Of a stretch of 64,000 nucleotides of DNA, positions 10,813 to 23,681 are shown in pieces. The notes under the pieces are model-generated. The model saw only the letters and a list, made by a program, of their open reading frames with translations. It had not been told where the DNA came from and ran no database searches. The stretch spans positions 1,658,366-1,722,365 of the forward strand of contig JBNZDD010013610.1 in assembly GCA_050575255.1 (NCBI GenBank), given 5' to 3'. This DNA is from Harriotta raleighana (lineage: Eukaryota). The position numbers and the translations under genes were made by a program. Position 1 is the stretch's first letter. Each line of letters begins with the position of its first letter.

Positions 10813-13414
10813 GTCTTTGTTTTAGAACCAAGCTAGGGTCGGGGACGGGGAGGGTGGAGGGAAAACTTACTTTGGAAAATCTTGGCGTTGAAAACTGGCG
10901 TTATTGCAGAAAACACCACCATTGTTAAAGGAAGCCTTATCTTGATCGACTTTTATTAGCCCAAGTATTTTGCCAATGTTGTGTGCAGACTGTAATTGGC
11001 AAGATCATTAGGTTCACATTGTTTGTATTTCATGGAACAAGTAGAGGAGACAAGTCAGGAATCAATGGTCCTAAGAGGATGTCAGGTGTTACACAATTAT
11101 TTATGTTGATTCAAAATGAAAGACAGAATTTGCTGTTTGCTCTACAGTTCAATTTGCTCCCTCTCCTGCACACTACCTGCCTGTTTATGCCCAAACTGTT
11201 GCTATTTGCAGGTTCCAGGAAATTTTCTTAAACTTTGAATTGTTCGTTTCCGCGAGTGTTGCACCCAGTGTCTTATTCTGCTCACTTTTGTCAATGGCAA
11301 ATTCTTGGATGGAGGTGTCTCTAATCAAGATGACAGTGTGTCCGATTTAGTGTTGACGGACATTGTCCTAGTGGGAGAAGAGAGTGGCAAATGTATAACA
11401 GTAGCTAGCAAACCAGAAAACCTAAGATGTGATGTAAGCACAAGAGGATGTGCCAGTTCGACAGCTGGGAATTTATCAGCCAAATGAATGAGGTCAACAA
11501 AGAAAGCGGGAACCATTAACTAAAGACGCTTAAGTGGGGCGCCCTGTGTAGAATGTGTATGGAACATTTGGGGGAACATACGTCAGAAAGGTGGACTTCC
11601 AAACTAGGAGAGCAGAGTTTCAAAGTTCAGTTCATTAGATGGTGGGGTGGTGTTGTGTGTGCATGTGTTGTGGGGAGAGATGTCAAAAGAGGGGATTTGA
11701 CTAAAACTCCACATTCAAGCACCCTTCTGATGAGGAAGTGGCTTCAGTGGAGATTCCAGCTTGGGAGAATGTGGATGAACAACGTATCGATTTGAATGGT
11801 TCGGAGCAGATTTTCGTACACCAACATTGCTCGGGGAATTTTGAAAAAAAACACACAATGGTTAGGCTATTCTGGAAGTGATTTGGGAGTCAGGCAAGTT
11901 TGTGTTTCTATTCTGTCCCAATCTGTCACTAGGCACAAAACCACTTTTAAAAACCCCCCAAAAATCCTTTATAAAATTCTACAAAAACAGTGAAGAAGTG
12001 TTTTTCGTTCAGACAAAAGGTTTTGTATGAAGCTGGCCCAGTGTTGCTACTTCAATAAAGCACTAACCTTTAATGAGCTCGACATGCCACCAGACGGGAC
12101 ACAATGCTTCTGCTCACACAGCAAACTTCAATCAGCCCACCACATAACTTGGGTTACGCAGTTGGGATGGACAAGCTGTATTTTACCTGCAAGCCATCTG
12201 GAATGCACCTCAACGCTGTCTGAACGGCACATTTGGGGATGCAAAAGCTCAGACTCCAGCACCACGTGAAACAGAAATGCAAAGGGAAAGATTGCAATTT
12301 TCTGGTTTTAAGCAACTTGTAGAGCAGCCTGCAGTGCTGAAAGGGCCAATTTGCGGATCGTTTGGGATGTAAAGGGGCTCTACACCATCTATTGCTCCTT
12401 GTGTTGTGGATATTGGACTTCGCGTGCATTGAATGTCAATTTGTTCGGCAACAGAATGGCCTGAAGTGCTAACGGTCATGTGGACGTTCTATGTTTTCTT
12501 GGCATAACGCAGGTGAGATGTTTACCAACTAAACGGCAGTGATTTCTTCAGTTTAGATGCTTCACACAGATAAATGTGCAACCATAGAGGATCATGGTTG
12601 AGCTGTAAGTTTAGATTTATATCCTGGGTGAAAGGATAGTTTCACTGAGACAGGCAAATGAACCCATTTGGCGGAGATAGTCTGCTATGAAATGTACCTT
12701 TTCCCCACAAAAGCCTGTGGGTTGTGAGGAAATACTGTACTGAAATGGGTAAAGTACAACGATCAGTGGCTACTTAGCATATGCTGCATGTGTGCAATGT
12801 CTCTGTCCAGAGGAAGTGAGAGCAGTCATGTTAATGTGCCTTTAGATCACCAAAAAGATGGTATCTTTAAATGCTCACACTAAAGGTTCAAATGTTGCTG
12901 TATTTAATAGATTCTTTTGTGGATAAGCCTTTAAAGTCTTGTTTAGGTTTAAAAGTCGGGAGTAGGCTTGGTAAAATCTCCAGATAAATCAAGTGCTCTC
13001 TGTAATACCCCAGAGCTAAAATCAATGAACAGGATAATTCTGCTGCTTGTAATACACGTCCTTTCATGTTCTCCTACCCCTATCACTGCCCCCCAAAAAG
13101 CAAAGATACTCTAGTTACAACAGTTGGTTTGGGATGCTGTTTTTTTTCCTTGCTGTTTCTGTATGGTCCCTCGAACGCAAGTTTTAGCTGAAGGAAATGA
13201 GCAGGAGACTTGTAATGCCAAAGGAAAGGAGGCAGTATGATTTTGAAACCCTTAGAGATAGACTGCTGTGTGTTCCCCAGTCTAAAGGTTTGAAGTCAAG
13301 TTGTCAGTTCCAAACGTGGCAACAGTTTGAATGCAAATACCCCTGTGCTACAGCGAAGCCTATACCAAAGTGGTTCTGGGAAGCATGGTGTGCATTATAC
13401 AGTGGCGCTTCACT

Positions 13415-13516
13415 TTCATTTGACATTTGAGCTCCTATCCCTATCATAGAGACATCTGAAAGAATGTTTCACAGAATATACTGTAAAGTGAATTGACTGG
13501 GTATTTTGCGGGCAAA
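13415..13516 (-). mobile_element. SINE 3' fragment
   Basis: ttcacagaatatactgtaaagtgaattgact matches the family body. Confidence 0.65.
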
Positions 13517-14179
13517 GTACACAATGGATGCGCTCTCTTAATTGTCTTCAATGTATCCAAGGCTATGCGTTGCCGGTGTTGTGCGATTCCTGCAAGAGAT
13601 GTTTTGTTTTGAGCTACACTTGTTTTGTACTTTAAAGTAATGTTACAGGAGGTGTTTGGGCCATTTTGTTTACACAGTGGAAGTGCAAACCTGAGTGAAA
13701 GTCTTCATTAATGCCAGGAATGCAAAGCAGGCAGTTTGGTTACAGGCGTAGAGGCCAGTAACCATTAGTATCTGTCAGGGAGCACAGAGAAGGGTCTGTC
13801 CTGGCTTTTCGCAGGGTGTGAATGATAGCAGGCCTTGGAATAAAGTGAAAACAAATACGTACATCTAGTATGCAAAACTCTGACCAAGATGACCTTTTGC
13901 ACAGCCACAAAGAGTTTGTAAAGCCAGAAACATTTTGCCATTTCACCGTAGCCTTGCCCATGTTTATTTATCACAGTTTTCTGAGAATAAATGTAGCATG
14001 TTACTCAACGTTCCAGAGAAAATGCTCATCAAACCCTCCAGTTAGTGTTTAAGTGTTAATCCCACCATTTTAGCTCCTTCCTCCCTTTGGTGCCTGCCTG
14101 GTAAGTTGAAAGTGGAGTGACTGCTTTCTGGAGAATGTACAATCTCATGTTTTGTTCCCTCTCTGTGGAACAATCTCTC

Positions 14180-14381
14180 TTAATCCCTCCACCTTGCCCC
14201 CTTTCTCTCTTTTCAAGATCCGCCGGAAAATCTTCCTCTTCAACCGTACTTACATCCATCACTCTCCACTGTCTCTCCCCCCCACCCGGTTTGGAGTCAA
14301 GCTCCGCCATTGTTAAGCACTCTGAGACACTTCCTGGTGTGGTGGGCCCTATATAAATGCAAGTTGTTTTTGCTGTTGTTT
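14180..14381 (+). mobile_element. Diverged L2-clade 3' end
   Basis: C-rich 3'UTR ending in ctatataaatgcaagttgtttttgctgttgtt; similar to 60502-60716. Confidence 0.55.
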
Positions 14382-15489
14382 CTGACGTTTCTAAAGTTTA
14401 ACAGATCTTCTTAAAGATCGCATTTTCACATGCAGTAAAACTCACACAAGTCTTATCTGTGTAAGTCATATAATCGCCGAGTTGTACATCTGCCCACATC
14501 CCATTGAAGTCCACATAACTTATCTAAATTTCACATAACTCACACTTTGCATGAATCATATTAGATCCCAATCGTTGCGACTTATGTGAAGTTTACTGTT
14601 TATCCTTACAAAGTCTTACAAGCTCTTTTTCATTGGTGGCCCGAGTGCTGTTTATGTATCAGTCCTGTCACAGGACTGTGCTCATTTTACAGCATGTAGA
14701 GGAGCCAATTTCCTTCACTTTTTTGGTCCATTACAAGGTATCAATCTGGCTGAGAAGGTTTAAGAAGATATAAAAAATACGGAATTCTTGCACTACCTTT
14801 TACACCAGTGATTTATCTTCATTTATTGGTTAAGAATCATACTCGCTCACATTAAAAGCGGCCGTGATATAGTGGCAGTGGGGAAATGGCATTCAGCTTT
14901 CAATGGACGGCTGTCATGAGGTGAGTTGGCGGGAGGCCTGGGTGGGTGGGTGGGTGGGAGACAAGGAAGCAGTGGGGAATAGTGTGCTCAGTGAGAGATG
15001 TAAGCTGTCTATGAGAAAGCAGAGTTAGATTCCGCTGAGCCGGATTACAACATTATTGCGATGTCAATAATGGTCTATTGAGTGGAGTAAAACCAGAACA
15101 ACGTCAGTAAACACTTTATACATTGGAGATCCTTATTGGGAAGCCAATAGTAATTTGGATTCTGACAGTTTGGATCAAATGAGTACCCAGTGATTCAGAC
15201 CCATTTAGCATTGTACAGCATTAGCTCAGGGGTGGGGGAGGAAGGCTTATTTTCGTTATTCTCCAGAAACTGGTTATTTACTCCATGCAAGACCAAGACT
15301 ACAGAGTAATTCCCCTCTCCCCCACAATGTCACCTTAACCCATTTGTTGCTGGCTTCATTTTGTTTGTCTTGCTCCAGGTTAAAAACTGAATAAATTTCA
15401 GCTCACTACTGACACATTCAGGGTTCCACTTTCTCCACACAGTATTGTTATTTATTCCACCCACTATTCCCCCCACCCCCCCCATTTGT

Positions 15490-15827
15490 GGAGCTCCTGT
15501 GGCTAAGTGGTTAGAGCACTCTCCTTACATGCCTTACAGGCATGAGTCCTGTGTTCGAATCCAGGCAGATCAGGGTGAAACCTTGGGCAAGTTTCCTTAC
15601 TCCACATGCCTAATAATAATCCCTCCAAAAAAAAACACAATAATAAAATTGGTCATTTCAATCCATGACTGTTTGTGGGACACTGCTGTGCGCAATTGGC
15701 TGCCGCGTTCCGCCCACAAATGTACAGTCAATTCACTTTACAGTATATTCTGTGAAGCGCTTTGGGACGTTGATAAGATGTGAAAAGCGCTATATCAAAT
15801 GCAAGGATTATTATTATTATTATTATT
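15490..15827 (+). mobile_element. Full-length tRNA-derived SINE
   Basis: A box tggctaagtggttagagc, B box gttcgaatcc, 3' stem-loop agcgcttt..aaagcgct, and an (ATT)n tail. Confidence 0.92.
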
Positions 15828-17503
15828 TCCCCAATGCCATGCACTATTGCCAGCCCAACAAGTGACTCGTTCCCTAGTATCATTTCACAATACTCAAACC
15901 AGCTGCCAGGTGATTGGTGTGAATGCCCTGGGTAGATTATCCCCCTGCACCCCCACATTCTCTCTCAACAACAACTAATTATATTTGTAAAATGCCTTTT
16001 GCACCAGTTGGATGTTCCAACTGGCTCTCATCCCTATCCGGCGGGAAATCTCCTCCTGGCAGCCCAGGAATTCTCTGGAGAGAGAGAATTCTTTTTAAAG
16101 TAAGGCGCAGTTTGGGGAGTATTTAAACCTCCTTAATTTTTTTTTGCAGCTTTTGGTGTCTGAAGCGAGGAGTGTGAAGTTTAGCACTCTGTTTAGGAAC
16201 ACTTTTGATTCATGTTTAAATGTCTCAGAAGACATTTGTTATAACAAACCTTTGTTATAGCCCGACCTTGTTCATTTAACACAATGTTGTGTGTCACCTC
16301 AGCAATCCACATAACATCTTTTGCCTACTTCAGTGCCTGTGATGTGGCAGCCAACATCAGCCCAAAAAAACAACCTGGACCACGAGAACTGATAGTATTA
16401 TCATTTGCAAACGTGGGCTTTGTTCGACTTTGCACTGGTCGACTGCTGAAGTGTGGACTGAAGGCTGAATGTCTGGTCTCATTTTAACTGGCAGCATTAT
16501 AATACCCTCTAAGAGTATCATCTTAATCCAAAAGCGCTACTTTTAATCGTTCTTGACTTTAAGTGTCTTGAAAGTGAGGTAAACCCCCTGCCTGATTCTT
16601 CTGGCTGTAAGATGCATGAAGGGTTGTCTTATCATTTTGTAGAGGTCTTTGATCTTTCTGACCTGGGCCAGACAGGAAATTCACTGGTGAAATCAGTTCC
16701 CAGAACGGATTCCCCACTGTTTCTCTATCTAGCAGATCACAACCATACTCACTTGCTGTGATGTTGTCTTAGAGAGCGAGAGAGTGTGTGTGTGTTTTTG
16801 TGTGTGTGGGGTGAGGGGGGGTGGCTGGAGATTCAGAGGGGGAGGTGGGGGAGAAGGAAGATTGGCTGTTGAATAGGCGAGTGCATTTGTGTGAATTGAA
16901 GGCTATGCTTCTTCTCTTCCTTTCACATACGTCAGTCACCTTGTCACGTAACTCTATTTTTAATCAAGTGGTGCATTTGAAGATGTTTGTGTGCGGGCTG
17001 TTGAATCACATAGGGAAAATGCACCCACTTTGAAAAATGCTGCTTTCACTTCGTAAGGGCCATTGTGATAATGGTTTGCACTCGGGTGCTGGGAGTGTAC
17101 ATTGCTTTGGCAAATTTCTAAGTTCACGCATCAACAAGGACCCACTTGGAACACAATTACACAAATGTATCGTCGGGAAAGCTTGTTACAACTCAAGGTT
17201 TCATAGCTGTTTGTTTCACATATATTTATCTGTCTATGGGTGTGCTTTTACCTGCTAAATTGAATATCATTCGGTTGTTCCAAAGTTTGCCGACCTCTCT
17301 CGATTTTGTTTCAGTTAATATTTTGAGTAATAACAATAAGTGTTATTATCAAATGCATATAATGCCATGTACCACATTTGAATAAATGATGTGGCGTCCT
17401 GTAGATTTTAAGACAAAATATTAATTGGTTAGGGAATAAAGCCATCGTTTCTAGCCAGCAGAGGTAGGCTGTGCATTTCAGGGCATAGTTTTGATTTGGA
17501 TGT

Positions 17504-17824
17504 GGAGTCCTGTAGCTCAGTGGATAGAGCAATAGCCTTACAAGCGTGAGAGCTGTGTTTCGAATCCGGGCAGATCAGGGCGAAACCTGGGGCAAGTTTC
17601 CTTACTCCACATGCCTAATAATAATCTCTCTTAAAAAAAAACAATAATAAAATTGGTTGTTTCAATCCACGACTTTGTGGGACACTGCTGTGCGCAATTG
17701 GCTGCTGCGTTTTGCCCACGAATATGCAGTCAATTCACTCTACAGTATGTTCTGTGAAGCGCTTTGAGACATCTAGAAGATGTAAAAAGCGCTATACTAA
17801 ATGCAAGGATTATTATCATTATAT
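17504..17824 (+). mobile_element. Full-length tRNA-derived SINE
   Basis: ggagtcctgtagctcagtggatagagc...ttcgaatccggg...aatgcaaggattattatcatt. Confidence 0.92.
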
Positions 17825-20800
17825 TTGCGGCTCATGTTGGTAAATCTTCTCAGCTCAAACAGCACTTTGGACACTAAGCTGACTTCAGTGTCGCTGGTCT
17901 ATTGAGGGTCAATGTTACTATCCAGAAAGCTCCACACTTCTCTGAAAAGGCGAAGGTGATTGTGTGGTACATGAGGACTGAGCCAGACTAGGCTGTGATT
18001 CCCTGCCGAAGATCTCTTGTCAAGGTCCATGCAAGAATTATTGTCACTTTGACTTTCAGAAAGGGGGGCCATCAATTAAAAGATGACCCTTAAGAGGAGA
18101 GGATTTTAAACTTAATGCCAAAAAAACACCCAATTGTTTCTGTCAGAGGTTAAAACCCGTTAAGGCAGCACGATGACTGTCATGCAGACCAGAAGGATGG
18201 TGGGTACTCAATGCATGTGACAGACGAGACAAGCACTTAGTCAGAGTTTGGGAGGGTTGTTTGAAAGCAGTGAAGGAGATGATATTTCACATGAGCTGAG
18301 AAGGTTGGTAAACAGAATGCACAGATGTTAGCATCGCTTGTATTGATTGTGTGAGCGGGGTCACGTCTGGGAGCACTGGGTTGACCTTTGCTACACACAG
18401 GGGTGAGCAGCGTTCAAAATGTGCCCTTTAACTCTTACAGGCCTGAACCTTTAACAATTCAAAGGACATTATTCTGTCCCATTAAATAACTTCACAGGCT
18501 ATTCAGTGTGGTCAGCTGACTGCTTAAAATATCATGGGAGACAAATTTACAAGCGCTTTCTCTTGCTGTTGAACTCTGATTATCGTGCTTGTTCGCCCTT
18601 GTAGCTATTCGCACTGCTGTTTGTCTCTCTCTTTAATGAAGGCCTGGGGAGTGATGCAGCTTGGTAGCGGAAGCAGAGTAAAGCCTAAAGATCACAGTGG
18701 TTTTCTTGTGACTTCTGGGTTGGTGGCAACTTACATGTAGAGCAGGAATAGCATTGTAGTGGGGAAGTGAAACTAGGATCACAGCGAGCAGTGATTCCAC
18801 TGGCTCATCAGCATCACCACCACGCAATCGACCACTAGGGAATCAAAACACTTTCAGTTCAGCCTCCCAAAAGTTCTGCATTTCCTGCGTCTATCCAGTC
18901 AGCATTTCACCTTCTTAAAAACTGGGAGTCGTACAGAAGTTGGCTGCGGATCCCTGAATGCCATTTCAGTTCTAAAATCAATCTGCATATTTAATATTGG
19001 AAGTTATTTTTATTTACGGATTGCGAATGACTGTTTTGATCGCTCATAGATTATTAACCAATGTCTAAAATCCCAATGAACCGTCACATGATTTTTGCCT
19101 GAAGTGACACCAGTTAGCTATGCTGTGCAGAAACTGTTGATTTGATATAAGATGTCCTATTAAACTAGACAACACATTTAACTAAAGAATAAAGATATAA
19201 ACTTGCAGGGGCCTTGGGTTGTGGGCCACAATCTGTATTGGATTTTTGGCAACTCAAGTTTTCATAAAGGTTTGTAATTTCCTCACCTCTCCCTCCCCCA
19301 CTCAATACCAAACTCCAGTCATGAGGTCTTCAGATTCAGAGAATTCAGTGAGTGATTATCCTTGATGTTGTCAGATCTTGATACATTTGTGCCAAGTACC
19401 ACAACCCATCTTCCTTGTCTGTTATATAAACAAGCTCCGCAGATAGTAAAGCATCACTTCAGCTTTGCAGAGAGAAAGGGAGCTCTGTTTTATTTCAATT
19501 GTTTATTGGGATATGGTTTTTATCTGTGTTTGCATTTGGTAATGTTACCAGTGATGATGCCAGCACACTGTCGTGGCAGAATGTTTCATTTTGAGATCTC
19601 AAACCTTGCGACCAAACATGAAAAAGTGAATGATTTGCAAAGGGATGAATACATTGTTACCCAAATTGAGCTGTTTTTATGCACAGTTGAGATTTAGGAT
19701 CTAGTTACAAATGGCTACTTTTGCTGATCCATGCTATGTATTTTTTTTTAAAAAACAGATCTTCGGATATTTAATAGTTATTTCTATAGGAATGTATAAG
19801 TAGCTGTATGTCCGAAATTTACTTCCAGTCTACAGCTTCCCTCCTTCCCATCCCCTCCAGTATACACATAATTCAGGAGAGGGCCCTTATTTGGTAAAGT
19901 AAGGTTAAAAGTACTTTTGGCCTGCTCCATCTCCTCCAGATGAAGCCCATTTTCATTTCATCCCATTCACTTCAGCATCGTTACAAGCTTTGCAGTACGT
20001 TCTTCAGGGAAAGGAGGGAGAGCCAAGCCACCTGTCGCTCTCCCCAAACCCCAAAGTAATACTAACCCATAGCAAAGTAGTACGGAAATTCGGAATTTCA
20101 CATTGCATGTACCTCATCTCATTCTGCTCGAATTCCATCTAACCCAGACCAACCAGAATGTTCACACCTCTGATCGTGTCCTACTTCCTCTGGAGTGGAG
20201 ATCATGGATGGGCCACTAGCTGTACGCCTTGCCTTCCACTTCACCTCCTCACCCGCACAGATAGAGTAATTGACCGCAACATCTGTCAATCAGAAGGGTG
20301 ATTGTCTAAGCCTGAAGCTACTCAAATCCCAGACAAAAGAAAACCCATGACCCTATCAGTGAGGAACATCACCCTGATGTGGTGAGCTGGGAAAGAGCCA
20401 TCTGTGGAATCTGTAACTCACCAGGTACACTATTGCACCAAGAGGTCTGAGAAAGCTTGATACTATTTTCACTTTTTAATTTATATTTTTTGAAGAAAAC
20501 ACATGGAAAGTCTTCTGAGCCGTGTGCTGCAGGCGGCTTGCCAAATCCTATTTTAGTCTGTGGTGCAAGTTACAAGTGCTCAGGTGCAGCAAACATTGGC
20601 AAAGAGGAGTGGGCCTAAGGCAAACAAAAGGATAGGCAGAGCGCCACTTCCATTCAGGTGATTGCCTTGTTCTTCTTGCAAAGGTAGAAAGCCCGAGGCC
20701 TAGCTCACTTTGACAGCTTGACAGACAATTTGGGAGAGCTGTCTGTAGCAATAAGTTGAATTTGTAAGGCTTTTTTTGCTGCCTTCAAAGTCCTTTATTT

Positions 20801-22277
20801 ATTTTTTGGCTTTCATATTTGTTTCTTTGATACAGGACTGCACAGCCGTGTTTCTGTCTCTCTCCTTGCGAAGCCTCAAAGGCTAACCTTGACTTTCTAA
20901 TGGAAATATACAGGAGATAATGCGGCATCTGACTCTACTCAGATTCATCTTAAAAAGTTTTATTCTAGGTGTGGGTGGTTGGGGTGCACCAATATTCCAT
21001 CACTATTCAACGTTGGTTAAAATGTAAATCTAGACCATAATTTATAATCCGACTACATTTGCTGAGTGCTAATCGGACACGTCTTGTTTTGCTGTTGGCT
21101 GAGCAGGCAATGACTGGCATCTTTTAAATATTTTTCCCGTCTAAATTAACAAAGGTTATTTTAACAAGTGACCTCTGTGGTACTGTCCGTAAATCCAGTG
21201 GGCAACAGAATTACAGGATGGGAGCAAATCGTGGTTTCCTCAAGAGATTTCTCTCTCTCTCCCCCCTCCCATCTTCCCATCCACTCCTCCCACCCTCCAC
21301 CAAAAAAAACCTTCCCTGATAATTGAAAAACCATAAATGACCAGAAACTGGGTTTAGGAATGATTTGGATTTAACTCTGAAATAGACATTTTTCATTTGC
21401 ATCGTGGATGTGTTTTTTTTGTTCAGTAGAAAAACTTCACTGTACTTGCTTTGTAATCATAACGAAAGCACACCTATCAGCCAGTCCTTTGTGTGTTACG
21501 AAGTCACACATCACCTGACTTTGATCCTATTCACTTTGTGCAGTAACTAACTTGGCTCCTATTGTTTTAAAGATCGTGGGACTACATGCATCTGGCATTT
21601 CCTGCACACACTGTGCAGAAGAGACAACAAAAGTCTCTTTTTTTTTGTTCCCGGTTAGATTAATTACAGGCTTCGATGCTTGACATCACTGGCTGTTTAC
21701 CTGGAGGTTTGGCACCGACTCATAGCCGTTCTGCTGGGCATGAAATAAAATTCAAAGCTAATGGCTGATTTTATGGCAGGTTCTTTTAATTCCTTTCCTT
21801 AATTGCACAGTGTGCTTTCGGTGACAGGTTTCCTTAAATCGCAACACAGCTTTGCTCCTGCGTTTCACAAGCTAAGCATTATGTGCTATGTGAAGCAGAA
21901 AAATGTTGGTAATGGGCAGCCCAGCACGTCAGTCAGCACCTGAGAGAGCAGGCAGGTAAACGTTTCCTTTTCTGAGGAGATTTCTTTCTACCTGAATTGA
22001 TGAACTGTTCATCCCCCCCCCACCCCCCCCCATCTGTCAGATTCTCGTTCACCTGCTTTTACCTTTCCAGCATCCTTCTGTTTTGATTTCTGTTTTTAAG
22101 AACATTTTTTTTCTTTTTATCTCAAGTTATTTACTTTTCCTTGTTTGGCCATCTACTGATTCTACTGAATCCTTTCTGTATCAGGTTGATCATCATCAAA
22201 CTACATTATGAACTAGTGCAGGCCAGAAAGTCCCACAAACAGGCTTTTCAAAATAAAATTCCTGATCATTGATCCTC

Positions 22278-22502
22278 TGTCTTTCACATCAAGAGGAAGT
22301 CTCAAAGCGCTTCACAGAAATGATTAATGTGTGTTTTGTCAGCAAACACAGCAGTTAATTTGCACACAGCAACATCCCATGAACATCCATGGAGTGAATG
22401 ACTAACCTTATCCGACGGATTGCTGGCCAAGACAGTGAGGAAAATCTCCCTTCTGTTTTCAAATCGTGTCATGGGATCTTTAGCATCCGCCTGAACAGGC
22501 AC
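22278..22502 (-). mobile_element. Deu-domain SINE, 3' two-thirds
   Basis: ctcaaagcgcttcacag...tgcacacagcaacatccca...gtgtcatgggatctttagcatccgcctgaacaggc. Confidence 0.65.
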
Positions 22503-23124
22503 GACTGTTCTTTGAGAGTGTGTTCTGCATGGCACGAGGGTTATTGGAGCTTCCTTATGGCCAATTTATGTTCAAAAATTGTTCAACTGATAATAAGAGG
22601 CTAGGATCTGGAGCATGTTGGCAAACATTATCAGCCAGGTGCCCAATGCTGAGCACTGTACTTTGTTTTCAGGTGTATGTTTGTGGGCCCTGAATACACT
22701 GACTATGACAGAGAACAAACTCACAATGAGCCTTTGAGTTGGGATTACTGTATTTGTGTAGATCAGGGAGATGAACAGACCAGAGCCACTGCTGGGTAAT
22801 GTTAGGGGATGGAGAGTTATAATGTTACATTATTCTAAAGGAGGTCCCTGACCTTTTTTTTGTTAAGTGTCTGAAAGGGATCCAAATAGATTCACGCTGA
22901 TGAGCATGAATCTATGGCTGTGTGGAAATTTAGGTGTTGTCAGCCTTCAGTCGAAACTTATCGTGCAAATAACCCACCGTGACATCCCAGTTTAAATCAG
23001 TTTATTGGCGGAAGATAGGTCTTGCTCAACTCGTTTGACACTTCTATATAATTTTTTTAAAAAGTTGAATTACCAATGCATTACTGGGGAGAAATTCCAT
23101 CTGGGACATAGCTGAGTGCAACTG

Positions 23125-23222
23125 AAGCCGGGTTTCGCCCACAAAATGCGCAGTCAATCCACCTTGTGGTGTATCATATATAGCACTTGAAGACGTGATG
23201 AGGTGCTGTATTAAATGCAAGA
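23125..23222 (+). mobile_element. SINE 3' fragment
   Basis: tttcgcccacaaaatgcgcagtcaat...ggtgctgtattaaatgcaag. Confidence 0.55.
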
Positions 23223-23659
23223 AACTCACTCTCTGGCAGGCTCCCCGCTGTTATCCAGCCAGGATCATCTCAGGGTTAACGGGAGCTGAGTGGGGAGAAA
23301 TCCACACTCCAGTTTTGTTTCCAGCAACGTACGGGAATGGACGAATCACTTTTCGACATTTTCTCTCTGTCTCGAGAAGTGGTCAAACAATGCAGTAATT
23401 AGAACTTTATTAACCAGCAGTAACAACTAACAGTCTATGGTTTACTCCAGCAAGCATTATGTTTGAGTCTTACCTTATTTCAACTGTGTTAAGTTAATTT
23501 CAAATGCCTCGTTAAGTGTCCCTGGGGATGTTGAGTAACCCCAGATATCTGAGTGCTGCTAAAGACATTACGATGGATTGGAATCGAACGCTGGAGCTCC
23601 CTTTCCGAGCTTCTCGGGAGATGGCCAGGTCCTTGGTTAGTGTGAGCATTTGGCTTCCA

Positions 23660-23681
23660 GGTGTGTGTGTGTGTGTGTGTA
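23660..23681. repeat. (GT)n microsatellite
   Basis: Direct reading. Confidence 0.9.

Noticed and set aside
14660-14678. 9-bp-arm palindrome cagtcctgt-c-acaggactg
   Set aside because: A palindrome this short is expected by chance in a window of this size.
15490-15565. tRNA-like sequences (also 17504, 49894, 2930-3003, 36743, 52550-52622)
   Set aside because: They lack a proper acceptor stem and continue into a SINE body and tail, so they are SINE heads, not tRNA genes.
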